42,487 nt of DNA, taken from the IMG/VR virus record IMGVR_UViG_3300024320_000014, positions 1 through 42,487 of that record, one strand, 5' to 3'. The position numbers were made by a program, and so were the translations under genes. The first letter of the stretch is position 1; every line of letters starts with the position of its first letter. The stretch comes from a virus. Taxonomy: Duplodnaviria > Caudoviricetes. The notes beneath the pieces were generated by a model. The model did no database searches. It saw only the letters and a program-made list of their open reading frames with translations, and was not told where the DNA came from. Shown here in pieces: positions 8,944-17,686 of this stretch.

Positions 8944-10068
8944 TTATTTAAGTCCAGCCAATTTCTTTAACTGGATTATGTTATTGGCATCGCTACCCAA
9001 TGATTCTGGTGTTGAACTAACCATCTGTTCTTCACCTCTGTCACCAGTGTGTTCTGTTACTTTGCCTTCGTTTAACGATTGTTTTGCCTCTGATGAGACT
9101 TTTTCATTCAAAACTGCAGGTAAATATTTCTTAAATGCAGATTTTAAATTAGTTGTTTTTACTGTTTCAAGTAAATCAACCATAACATCACGCTTTTCTT
9201 TGCCTAGAGGCGATAAAAGACCTTCCATGACCTCTTTACGGTCCATTCTGTCTTCTAACACTTTCTGTGCAGTTTCGGCGCTTGTAATGGCTTCTTCTTT
9301 TGCAGTAATAGTTTCTTCCAACTTCGCAATCTTAGTAGCCGATTCTTCTAATTTCTTAGTAATCTTAGCAACTTCAGTTCCTTCACTCAATTGTGAAGTC
9401 ATGAATTCGCCTGCGAATGTTTCAAAAATTTTACGGCCAAATTCGTTTTCTTTAGCCGCTTGAATATCCTCTTTAAGAACATTCAATTCAGAACGTAAAG
9501 CCTTGTCGATAGTCTTTTCTACCAATTCTGCTGAACGTTTGATAAATGAATTCTTAGTTTTAGTAAGAATCTCTTTACCTTCTGCTACCATGCGTACTTT
9601 AGTTTCCACTAAATCACGTTTGTCGTCATGGAATTCTGCTAGTTCACGTGACAATTGCTTAACAACGAATTCTTTAGTTCTATCTAAATGTTCGTTAACT
9701 TTTGTACGGTCTGCTCTCAGTTCCTTGACTTCGTTTGCTAGTTGAGAAGTAATGAATTTTTCAAGGAGTTTTGCATGTTCAGAAATTGCTTTCTTATATG
9801 CAACACGTTCTGCGATTAGGGCTTCACGGTCTGTTTTAAACTCATCCATTTCAGTTTTAATTGCTGTTGAAAGCATGTTATCCATGGCTTCTACAATTAC
9901 TGATTTGTCGTGTTCAAACTTTTGTGCGAACTCTTCACGCAACTCGGCTGTTATCTCCTCTCTTGCTTCATTTATTTGTGCTTCCCAAGCCTCTGAAATT
10001 TGAGTTGAAACTTCTTCACTCAAAACATCTGACTCAAGTAGCCCAGCAAGGATTTCATTTTTTGCCAT
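8944..10068 (-). CDS. Prohead core scaffolding protein, gp22-like
   Basis: Glu/Lys-rich coiled coil between protease and capsid genes; GRKIFETF motif and LKKLAGL C-terminus. Confidence 0.85.
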   Translation of the reverse strand: MAKNEILAGLLESDVLSEEVSTQISEAWEAQINEAREEITAELREEFAQKFEHDKSVIVEAMDNMLSTAIKTEMDEFKTDREALIAERVAYKKAISEHAKLLEKFITSQLANEVKELRADRTKVNEHLDRTKEFVVKQLSRELAEFHDDKRDLVETKVRMVAEGKEILTKTKNSFIKRSAELVEKTIDKALRSELNVLKEDIQAAKENEFGRKIFETFAGEFMTSQLSEGTEVAKITKKLEESATKIAKLEETITAKEEAITSAETAQKVLEDRMDRKEVMEGLLSPLGKEKRDVMVDLLETVKTTNLKSAFKKYLPAVLNEKVSSEAKQSLNEGKVTEHTGDRGEEQMVSSTPESLGSDANNIIQLKKLAGLK

Positions 10069-10088
10069 TGTTACTTCTCCTTCTCTTA

Positions 10089-10718
10089 TTAAAGTTTAAG
10101 TTCTCTAATGAACTTAACTATTTCTTTAGACAAGTACTGTTGTGCAGACTTGTCGTTTTGAACATTTTGTGCTAGTTTCCATGTATCATAACCACCATTC
10201 ATGTTCATTAATCCTTCGTATATTGCTTTTGGATATGCGTCCGGGGCACTTGGCTGTGCCACAATATCGACTGTAATAATTTCATAATTGCTCACGTTAC
10301 CACTGTGGTCAACTTCACCAGAACCACGAGACGAGACACCTAAAGTGGCACCTGATTCGATTAGTGTTCTGATAATGTTACCCATTGGCGTAGGAACAAT
10401 CTTTAGTTTACCAAAGCCGTTTGGACCATCCATCCACATATTTTCAATTATGTGTGAAACACGGTCAACGTTGACTGTCAATTCAGGTGGGTGGTCACAC
10501 TCACCTAGAACTGGAAATCCTTCCTTGATTTTCGCTTGGACTGATTCCACTGCTCTTTTGATTTCTTTCACTGGGTATACTCGTTGGTTAGCATTCTTAA
10601 CGTCACCTTGGACGAAAATGCCTTCCATGAACATACTCTTACTACCATCATCGCTTTCAACAATGCGTGATTGTACATTTGCTTGATTATGTGATAATCT
10701 TTCAATAAGAACTGTCAT
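10089..10718 (-). CDS. Prohead core protease, T4 gp21-like
   Basis: EGIFVQGDVKNANQRVYP, LGECDHP, LGVSSRGSG and DIVAQPSAPDAY motifs. Confidence 0.95.
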   Translation of the reverse strand: MTVLIERLSHNQANVQSRIVESDDGSKSMFMEGIFVQGDVKNANQRVYPVKEIKRAVESVQAKIKEGFPVLGECDHPPELTVNVDRVSHIIENMWMDGPNGFGKLKIVPTPMGNIIRTLIESGATLGVSSRGSGEVDHSGNVSNYEIITVDIVAQPSAPDAYPKAIYEGLMNMNGGYDTWKLAQNVQNDKSAQQYLSKEIVKFIRELKL

Positions 10719-10744
10719 TGGTTTCTCCTAAAAAGAATTGTTAC

Positions 10745-11560
10745 TTAGGCTTTGCTAGGTGCTGGCGCTTTTTTATTGCCAGGTACGTTAACATTACCCG
10801 TTTTCATGTCTTCTGCTTTTGCTGAACCGCCAGATGTGTTACCATCTACTTGTCCAACTGGTCCTGCGTCACTTTCGTCCGCACCACCGTCTTTTGCAAC
10901 TGGTGAATCTTTATCACCATCTGCGCCAGGCTTAGCAGTTGCTGGAATAGAATACTCTTCCAACTTTTCTTCTGATTCTTCGTCTAAATCTTCAGTTGAC
11001 GCTTCTTCTACTGGCTCTTCTTCAGTTTCATCTGCTTCTTCAACAACTTCTTCAACTGTCTCATCTGCTTCTGCTACTGCTTCTTCCATTTCTGGCTCTT
11101 CGATATCTAAATCAATTTCGCCTTCCATGTCGCCTTCTTCGCCTTCTTCTGATTCTGCTTCATCTTCGCCAGACATAATTTTTTCAAATTCTGCTTCTAG
11201 GTCAGATAATGCTGATTCTAAGTCTTCAACTCTGTCTTCAATTTCTTCAGCAGGTGCTTCTTCATCACTCATTTCTAAGTCATCTTCAGCCTCTTCATCT
11301 GAAACATCTTCATCATCAAAGATTTCTTCTGTTTCGATTTCGTCAGAATCTTCTTCGATATCATCGTTTAAAGATTCGACCTCTTCTGTTTCTTCAATTT
11401 CCTCAAGTTCTTCTTCTACAACATTGTCGCTTTCGTTTAAAGAATCCTCGTGGATTTGTCGTGCTTGTTCAACAACAAAGTCATGTAAAAGCGATTCCGC
11501 TTTTGCTGTCTCTTCGTTGATTAACAATTCTAGCACTTGTTCTAGTGTACTTCTTGACAT
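10745..11560 (-). CDS. Highly acidic prohead core / internal head protein (probable start MSRSTLEQ at 11560)
   Basis: Asp/Glu-rich low-complexity protein in the head operon. AAGGAG RBS precedes the ATG at 11560, not the one at 11596. Confidence 0.7.
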   Translation of the reverse strand: MSRSTLEQVLELLINEETAKAESLLHDFVVEQARQIHEDSLNESDNVVEEELEEIEETEEVESLNDDIEEDSDEIETEEIFDDEDVSDEEAEDDLEMSDEEAPAEEIEDRVEDLESALSDLEAEFEKIMSGEDEAESEEGEEGDMEGEIDLDIEEPEMEEAVAEADETVEEVVEEADETEEEPVEEASTEDLDEESEEKLEEYSIPATAKPGADGDKDSPVAKDGGADESDAGPVGQVDGNTSGGSAKAEDMKTGNVNVPGNKKAPAPSKA

Positions 11561-11671
11561 TATAAGTCTCCTTAATAATATTTTCTTCATAGCCACTACA
11601 ATTGCGGCAGGGTTATAGAAACGAACAAACTAATACTACATAAAATAGTAATAGTGGGTTTCATACACAAG

Positions 11672-11679
11672 TATTTATA
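11672..11679 (-). promoter_or_regulatory. T4-type late promoter TATAAATA for the core-protease-scaffold-capsid operon
   Basis: Exact consensus in the intergenic region. Confidence 0.75.
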
Positions 11680-11689
11680 GGGATTAGAT

Positions 11690-11710
11690 GAGTATATTGA
11701 CAATATACTC
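11690..11710. repeat. Perfect 10-bp inverted repeat GAGTATATTG-A-CAATATACTC
   Basis: Seen directly, 10 nt upstream of the late promoter. Confidence 0.85.
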
Positions 11711-11808
11711 GAAAATGAGTGATTTTTACGGTTTTCTCCGTAGAACCTAATTTATTTAGTAAAATTCAAGGTTTGTTAAAACTATACTTAATATTGAAAA
11801 ATATAGAA

Positions 11809-12042
11809 TTATAAGTCTAATTCGCCTGCACCACCTGACGGTGATGCATCATCAGAACCGCCATATTGCTTTTTGACTTGCTCATCTTCTGATGCTTTCT
11901 GAAACTTTCTGTACTCTCTTACCTTTCTAAGTTTAGAAAGGTGGTCAAGAGTCAACCGAATTTTGCGAGTATCTTCTAAATCGATAGCCGTAAAGTCGTC
12001 ATCTTCAGGATTATAATTTTCATTTATTTCAATATATTTCAT
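11809..12042 (-). CDS. Small head-operon protein (77 aa)
   Basis: ORF directly after the portal gene; contains DTRKIRLTLDHLSKLRKVRE...VKKQYG. Confidence 0.8.
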   Translation of the reverse strand: MKYIEINENYNPEDDDFTAIDLEDTRKIRLTLDHLSKLRKVREYRKFQKASEDEQVKKQYGGSDDASPSGGAGELDL

Positions 12043-12050
12043 ACTAGTAT

Positions 12051-13745
12051 TTATGCATCCTCGTCTGTTTCTGGTTCTGCATTCTCATCACCAGAAATTA
12101 CTGAGCCTTCAGCATCTTCGTCTTCTAAGTCATCAAAGTCTTCGCCGCTAGTATCAAAGTCACCACCTGTTGGTCCCGGTGAGGCACCTACGCCTTTAAG
12201 TCCGTCATCACTTCCTTTAAGTGGGTCATCAACATTGTTCTCTTCTTTCCATAGCATTGAGTTTTCTAAGATTTCTTCTTCAGATAATCCTAAGAAACGT
12301 TTCATTGCAAAACGTTTACTGATATAATCAGCCGCTTCTACACTCGTAAATACATTCATTGCTACTTGGTCTACTTCTGCTTGACGATACTTACCGAAGT
12401 TCTGAACAACATTAAATGATAAGTCAAAAGAACTACTTTCAATCGTAACACCACGGTGTTTTAAGAACATCTTAAATTCTTTATCTAGTTCTTCAACAAT
12501 AAGTTGTTGTAGTCTTTCACAATATTTTGTAAATCTAAACTCTTGTATCATTGCTGTGCCAGTTCTACCATCGTTAAATGCAGAACCATTTGCATCCATA
12601 CCACCCAAATAACTTGGTGGAACACGCAAACCTCTTAATAGTTTATCGTTAAAGAACTTCAAGTCATCAATCTGACCTAAGTTCTCACCACCTGGCAGTG
12701 TTTCAACTTTAGAACCACGACCCTCGGCTGTTTGAGCAAAGAAGTAATCTTCCATAATTGATAATGGATTGTATGCACTATCAACAACGTTAGCACCACC
12801 ACCAGTTTTAGATGGGATTCTACGTTGATGAATTTCATTCTTAATACGTTCTAAGTGTTGACGTGCTTTATGAGTTGGCATATCACCAACATCAATATAA
12901 AATACTCTACGTTCTGGCGCACGTTGTACACGATAGATAATGATAGAGTCTTCTAGTAATTCTTTTTGCTTATATACTTTAAATACAGGCTCAAGCATAC
13001 TTGTGCCGAAAGGCCAGTATTGGTCGATACCTTCACTTAAAGATACATGAATAACATGCTTGGCATCAATTGCCGTTGTAGTCACATCATGTGCGAAACG
13101 TGAACCTTCTGGAGCACCAGAAGAATAACTTTGTTGCATACCAGCAGTTGAGTTAGGAATACCCATCTTTTGGTTGCCTGTCTGTGATAATTTAACTGTG
13201 TCTGCTGTAATGTTAAGACTTTGCATATTGATGTCTAAATCTTTAATATAATATGCTTCAATCTTTTTACCTTTGCCTTCATTTACAACAACTTTTTCAA
13301 CTTTTGATGGATTTACCCAATATAGTTTATATGTTTCTGGGTCTCTTACGAATAATTGGTCACCATATTTGACTGTATTTCTAAAAATTCTAAAAATACG
13401 TTGATTCATTTTATTCATTGAACACCACTGACGTAGTGATTTTTGAAGAACTTCGTTTTCAGTAAACGATGGGTCATCATTGTATTGAATGTTAAATGGT
13501 AGTTTAGTAGTTTCACTAAACAACGTGGAAAATTCTGCGATTGTGTCTAACGCCGCATTAACTTCTGAATCCATGTCCATTTGGTCATATTGCCCATATC
13601 TTTGGGCTCTATTGGGTTGTCCCATATAGACTTCTGGTAGCCAACTGCTATATTTTGAACTCGAAGCATTGTTTGATGCTGGTCCAGATTCTACGGATGG
13701 GCGCGGAACACCATCATATGTTTTAAAGTACTTTTTCCAAGTCAT
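12051..13745 (-). CDS. Portal protein, T4 gp20-like
   Basis: LEDSIIIYRVQRAPERRVFYIDVGDMP, SIMEDYFF, GRGSKVETLPGGENLGQIDDLKFF and LRVPPSYL motifs. Confidence 0.96.
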   Translation of the reverse strand: MTWKKYFKTYDGVPRPSVESGPASNNASSSKYSSWLPEVYMGQPNRAQRYGQYDQMDMDSEVNAALDTIAEFSTLFSETTKLPFNIQYNDDPSFTENEVLQKSLRQWCSMNKMNQRIFRIFRNTVKYGDQLFVRDPETYKLYWVNPSKVEKVVVNEGKGKKIEAYYIKDLDINMQSLNITADTVKLSQTGNQKMGIPNSTAGMQQSYSSGAPEGSRFAHDVTTTAIDAKHVIHVSLSEGIDQYWPFGTSMLEPVFKVYKQKELLEDSIIIYRVQRAPERRVFYIDVGDMPTHKARQHLERIKNEIHQRRIPSKTGGGANVVDSAYNPLSIMEDYFFAQTAEGRGSKVETLPGGENLGQIDDLKFFNDKLLRGLRVPPSYLGGMDANGSAFNDGRTGTAMIQEFRFTKYCERLQQLIVEELDKEFKMFLKHRGVTIESSSFDLSFNVVQNFGKYRQAEVDQVAMNVFTSVEAADYISKRFAMKRFLGLSEEEILENSMLWKEENNVDDPLKGSDDGLKGVGASPGPTGGDFDTSGEDFDDLEDEDAEGSVISGDENAEPETDEDA

Positions 13746-13761
13746 AATTTTATCCTAATTC

Positions 13762-13795
13762 TATTTATATTAACATATCCTGTGTTCATTGTCAA
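13762..13795 (-). promoter_or_regulatory. Overlapping sigma70-type and late promoters upstream of the portal gene
   Basis: TTGACA (13795-13790), 17-nt spacer ending TGt, TAATAT (13772-13767), overlapping TATAAATA (13769-13762). Confidence 0.75.
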
Positions 13796-13808
13796 CCCTA
13801 TCCTATAT

Positions 13809-15827
13809 CTAATTCTCACCCAACTGATTTAAAAGTTGTTGAAGTGCGCCCAACGTCTTGTCTAGAGTTAATTTGAGTGAATCATCTAAGGCATTTCTAT
13901 TATCAGGATTAAGCGCCCGAGTATTAAGCAGTGTTTGTACAACTGATTCAAACTCTAATTTTCGTGCTTCAATATCAGTTTTTGTGAGTTTGTCCTTATT
14001 ATCTGTAAGTTGCTTAATCATGGCAGCACTTTTGTTAGCAAATGCATCTACTGAATCTTGATTTTTTGTACGGTTGGTGGTGCCTGCCGATTGATTTGTG
14101 AACTCAGATGCAGTTATTATATCGGCATTATCTGCATTGCCAAGTGATAATATTGTTCCCGAAACCTCAGCAACTTTCAACATCTGTCTTGCAAACCAAC
14201 TTAGTGTTCTATCAGTTGTAGTTCCTACATTATTCATAGTATCGATTAAATTTCCACTTGCTTGTAATGAGTCTGCCGCTTGTTCGGCGAATTTTCTCTG
14301 TGTTTCTGTTAGAAGTTCCATATTTTTAGTAAATCCAGGCATAACATCGTTCATCGCTCTCTCCATCGCATTTGCGGCCTGTAGTTGTGCGTCTCTGAAT
14401 TTTACAACTGCGGAATCTTCTCTACCGCCAGCAGATATACCTTTTGAGATATCAGACATATTTTGTGCTAGTTCATTCATTTGTGCCAACTGAACTAAAA
14501 TTCTTTCATCTGATATTGCTAATCCTCTTGAGGCTCCTCCACTATAACGTTCTAATTCACGTGAAACAAATTCAGGCATGCTTGTTGCCATAAAACTTTG
14601 AAATTGTGAATCACCGCCATTTTGTAATTGTGCCGCGGCTTCATTAACAAATTTTATCATTTCCATTCCTAGTGGAGTCTGTGAAGTATCTTGAAATTGA
14701 CTTGTCAACTGAAACATCTGGTCAGAACCTGCTCCCAATCTTGCGGCTAACAAGTCTGTTAGTGGATTATCAACACCACCCATCATTTGCATTGCATTTC
14801 TAACTGAATCTTGTGTTGCCTTATCAAGCGTTAATAACATACCCTTTTCAGCAAAGCCTAGGCTATCCTTCAACAAGTTCGCCGCGTCTTCCATTGAAAT
14901 TTTTAATACATTTGAAGTTGCTTGAACATTAGACATGAAACTATCCATTCCATCTCTTAATTCTCGGTCAGACCTTCCTTGAAGTTGACCAGCGACACGT
15001 AACGTGTCTAAATAATTTCCTGCAATGCCGGCAACTTGACCGAATTCCATTGCAAATTCTTCCATTAGTCCACCTGGTCCCCTAGCCATACTATTAACAA
15101 AGTCTAACGTACTCTTTACACCCAACACGCCAACAGTTTTTGCAAAATCTTTAGTGAATTCTGCGGCCATACCAAAAGTAAATCCAGTATCACTAACTGT
15201 TTTTGCTACTGAAATGAATCCGTCATTGAGAGAATCTAATCCACCTAATAAACCTGATGTACGAAGTTCTTCTGCAAAATCAAATCTCTGTTCGAATCCG
15301 ACTTTTGTAGCCTCTTGAACAGCCTCTGCCATTCCAAGAACTGAGGCTAATGCCGCCGTCATTTTTTCGTAGCCTCTTGCTTGTTTTTCACCTTCAAGTG
15401 TTTGTACTGCCTCTTCTTTACTAAGACCGGCTTGCATCAGTTGTTTTAACTGCACTTCTGCTTTTCTTTCTTCTCTGGCATTCTTTACTATTTGGTCAGT
15501 CAGTCCATCTACTCCCATTACGATACCTTGAAGACCTTTGAGATGTCTACTTAAAACGCCTTGAGTTTGAGTATTCTGGGCTTGTTCCTGCTTTTGGCCT
15601 CTAGTGACTTTGACTCCATTCTGTCTAAGTTCGTCACCAACTTTCTTAAGTTCTTTTGAAGACAGAGACCCACCACCCTTTACTGCATTGAGTAATTGAA
15701 TGATTGAAGCATTTTGTGTCGAAATTTGTTTTAATGTTCCTGCAATTTTCGATGCAGTAGCCTCAGTAGACCACTGGGCAATACTGCCACTTATGCCCGA
15801 AATAAAAACATCTTGTTCGTCTGCCAT
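13809..15827 (-). CDS. Putative tape measure protein
   Basis: 672-aa Ala/Gly/Gln/Met-rich, apparently helical protein, divergent from the gp26/gp51-like pair. Assignment rests on composition and context. Confidence 0.55.
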   Translation of the reverse strand: MADEQDVFISGISGSIAQWSTEATASKIAGTLKQISTQNASIIQLLNAVKGGGSLSSKELKKVGDELRQNGVKVTRGQKQEQAQNTQTQGVLSRHLKGLQGIVMGVDGLTDQIVKNAREERKAEVQLKQLMQAGLSKEEAVQTLEGEKQARGYEKMTAALASVLGMAEAVQEATKVGFEQRFDFAEELRTSGLLGGLDSLNDGFISVAKTVSDTGFTFGMAAEFTKDFAKTVGVLGVKSTLDFVNSMARGPGGLMEEFAMEFGQVAGIAGNYLDTLRVAGQLQGRSDRELRDGMDSFMSNVQATSNVLKISMEDAANLLKDSLGFAEKGMLLTLDKATQDSVRNAMQMMGGVDNPLTDLLAARLGAGSDQMFQLTSQFQDTSQTPLGMEMIKFVNEAAAQLQNGGDSQFQSFMATSMPEFVSRELERYSGGASRGLAISDERILVQLAQMNELAQNMSDISKGISAGGREDSAVVKFRDAQLQAANAMERAMNDVMPGFTKNMELLTETQRKFAEQAADSLQASGNLIDTMNNVGTTTDRTLSWFARQMLKVAEVSGTILSLGNADNADIITASEFTNQSAGTTNRTKNQDSVDAFANKSAAMIKQLTDNKDKLTKTDIEARKLEFESVVQTLLNTRALNPDNRNALDDSLKLTLDKTLGALQQLLNQLGEN

Positions 15828-15851
15828 GAAAACCCTCTAAATTATGTTATA

Positions 15852-15881
15852 AAACTACGTAGTTATTCTCAAAGATAAATA
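15852..15881 (+). promoter_or_regulatory. Late promoter GATAAATA with upstream AAACTACG element
   Basis: AAACTACG (15852-15859), 14 nt, GATAAATA (15874-15881). Confidence 0.6.
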
Positions 15882-15926
15882 ATTAAGATAGTTATGTATA
15901 TACTTAATTATTAACTTATTATACTG

Positions 15927-15934
15927 TATTTATC
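15927..15934 (-). promoter_or_regulatory. Putative late promoter GATAAATA for the tape-measure-like gene
   Basis: TATTTATC on the + strand, about 100 nt upstream of the 15827 start. Confidence 0.55.
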
Positions 15935-15947
15935 AAAGGACAAACAA

Positions 15948-16796
15948 ATGAACACCAATGAGAACCCATTATCAAAATATTTCCGTAAACCGGGAATATA
16001 TGTACAAATTCCAACCGGTGGCAGATTTAATCCAGAAATAGAAAAAACTGTATTGGACGAGTTGCCTATACTTCCGATGACCGCAATTGATGAGATATCA
16101 ATGCAGAATCCTGATGAACTACTTAACGGCGAGGCACTCGTAAACCTCATCAAAAGTTGTGTTCCAGCGATTCCCAATCCAAGAAATCTATGCAATGTTG
16201 ATGCTGAAATGATATTTCTTGCAATCAAATATGCAACATATGGCAAAGATGTAGAACACACGCACACTTGTTCTGAATGCAAAGAGAAGGCAGATTACAA
16301 CATAGATATCAATCATATTCTTGAAAAGTTTCCAGATATTACTGAAATTCCAGCAATTGAACATGAAGACCTAAAGATATTTGTAACTCCGCCAAAATTA
16401 GACAGTCTAACGAGACTGGCTCTAATTGAAGTAGAACAAGCCCGTATATTAAACAAAATCAAAGAAACAGCAGAAGGCGTTGAAGGTGATGAGGTAGAAA
16501 TGGCAAAACAATTTGCTATTAGTTTCAGAAAAGTATCAAGACAGAACATAGACCTATTAATGAGTTCTATCGATAGAATCGAAACACCTACCGAAGCCAT
16601 TATTGACAAAAATGTCATTATGGAGTTTATGGAAAATGTTCCAACCAACATTGTTTCTAAAGTAAACGAGGCAGTGGGTGTTGCAACACCAAATTTAAAG
16701 GACATATCAACGTTCGAATTTACTTGTGAATCATGTAGTCACAAAGAAAAAGTAACGTTTGAATTGAATCCTGTAAATTTTTCCTCGGCTGGTTAA
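15948..16796 (+). CDS. Baseplate hub assembly protein / tail assembly chaperone, T4 gp26-like
   Basis: NPLSKYFRKP.IYV.IPTGG, PMTAIDEI, DAEMIFLAIK.ATYG, two CxxC motifs (CSEC, CESC) and NPVNF near the C-terminus. Confidence 0.8.
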   Translation: MNTNENPLSKYFRKPGIYVQIPTGGRFNPEIEKTVLDELPILPMTAIDEISMQNPDELLNGEALVNLIKSCVPAIPNPRNLCNVDAEMIFLAIKYATYGKDVEHTHTCSECKEKADYNIDINHILEKFPDITEIPAIEHEDLKIFVTPPKLDSLTRLALIEVEQARILNKIKETAEGVEGDEVEMAKQFAISFRKVSRQNIDLLMSSIDRIETPTEAIIDKNVIMEFMENVPTNIVSKVNEAVGVATPNLKDISTFEFTCESCSHKEKVTFELNPVNFSSAG

Positions 16797-17014
16797 AGAC
16801 TGCCAGCGACACTGAAGTAACAGAGAGACAAGAGTCTTATAAGAAATCACTTGAATCTCTACACAAAAATCTGTACAAACTGTCTTGGTATATGCGAGGT
16901 GGCGTCAGTATATCTGAAATCCATGATATGCCCGCTAATCATATAAAATATCTAAATGAGATAGTAAGTGACAACTTTGAGTTGAGCAAATCTGCTGGCG
17001 TACCTATTTTATAA
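16778..17014 (+). CDS. gp51-like ORF in the -1 frame, probably expressed as a frameshift fusion with the gp26-like protein (not in the ORF track)
   Basis: Open frame FFLGWLKTASDTEVTERQESYKKSLESLHKNLYKLSWYMRGGVSISEIHDMPANHIKYLNEIVSDNFELSKSAGVPIL*. The first ATG (16892) lies inside the WYMRGG motif. Confidence 0.75.
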   Translation, partial: FFLGWLKTASDTEVTERQESYKKSLESLHKNLYKLSWYMRGGVSISEIHDMPANHIKYLNEIVSDNFELSKSAGVPIL

Positions 17015-17021
17015 AAAATAC

Positions 17022-17070
17022 AAAAAAAGTTACAAAAAGGGTTGACATCTCTTTTTCATTATGTTAGTAT
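17022..17070 (+). promoter_or_regulatory. Sigma70-type promoter with UP element AAAAAAAGTTACAAAA
   Basis: UP 17022-17037, TTGACA 17042-17047, 17-nt spacer ending TGt, TAGTAT 17065-17070. Confidence 0.85.
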
Positions 17071-17076
17071 GGTCAA

Positions 17077-17570
17077 CATAACTAATACAAATCGATTCAA
17101 AAACCATTTTTAATTCTAATACAACTCCCCCAAAGGCTAATAATGATTCTAATAAAACAATACATAGTGGAACTGTTAGTCGGGTTGCCGACTCGGGATT
17201 GAGGGCGTATATTATACATACGTTCGGATAAGTTGGGTGAACTCCGACACTGCTTCTCGTAAACCACACAGACTGTTTGTAACATAAAACATTTGTTACT
17301 CTAAAGGTAATGAATGACTAGTATTTACCGTACAGAAATGTACACACCGCTGGTAGATTAAAAATACTACCAACTTTGATTAAGTTTTATTCTATGTGGA
17401 TTAATCAAAGTGCCGTTGGGTCGAAAGACGCAATACTAAGTTAAGAGGGAATCGCCAACCGACCTCGCCGTAACTAGCGGCTAACTTAGACATGGAATCT
17501 GATGAACTTGACAAGTATCAGCGATTGCCCCATGGATGGGCAATTGTGTCTTCCAAACTGACAAGCGAAT
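17077..17570 (+). ncRNA. Putative large structured ncRNA (~400-500 nt), family unknown
   Basis: 670-nt gap with no credible ORF. At least 12 helices between 17165 and 17555, including two GAAA tetraloop hairpins. Confidence 0.7.
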
Positions 17571-17686
17571 AAACAATAAATAATATTTAAATGGAATAAA
17601 CAAATATCAAGGAAATCTTCTTTGAGTGGAACGAAAAGAAATTTCCGAAGATATTAGGTCTTTAGACCTATTAAAATGAGAACACC

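Noticed and set aside
10752-11618. 288-aa Ser-rich + strand ORF and other antisense shadow ORFs (e.g. 3518..3859, 4478..4912, 8061..8489, 8936..9463, 27483..28016)
   Set aside because: They lie opposite well-supported genes and reflect the codon bias of those genes; no RBS or motifs.
11697-11730. Sigma70 promoter from TTGACA within the palindrome
   Set aside because: No acceptable -10 at 16-18 nt spacing, and no + strand gene downstream.
17030-17285. Minus-strand ORFs 17030..17269 and 17097..17285, and + strand ORFs 5194..5397 and 5306..5554
   Set aside because: Short, no convincing RBS, atypical composition, and antisense to promoter-defined structured RNAs.
17499-17521. Hammerhead ribozyme core (CTGATGA)
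   Set aside because: The following stem is not followed by GAAA, and CTGAT pairs with ATCAG instead.
17077-17686. Group I intron, tmRNA or RNase P identity for the large RNA
   Set aside because: No interrupted gene flanks it. The S-like AAGATATTAGGTC pairs locally with GACCTA rather than forming P7. I saw no tRNA-like ends, tag peptide, or GAGGAAAGTCC motif.
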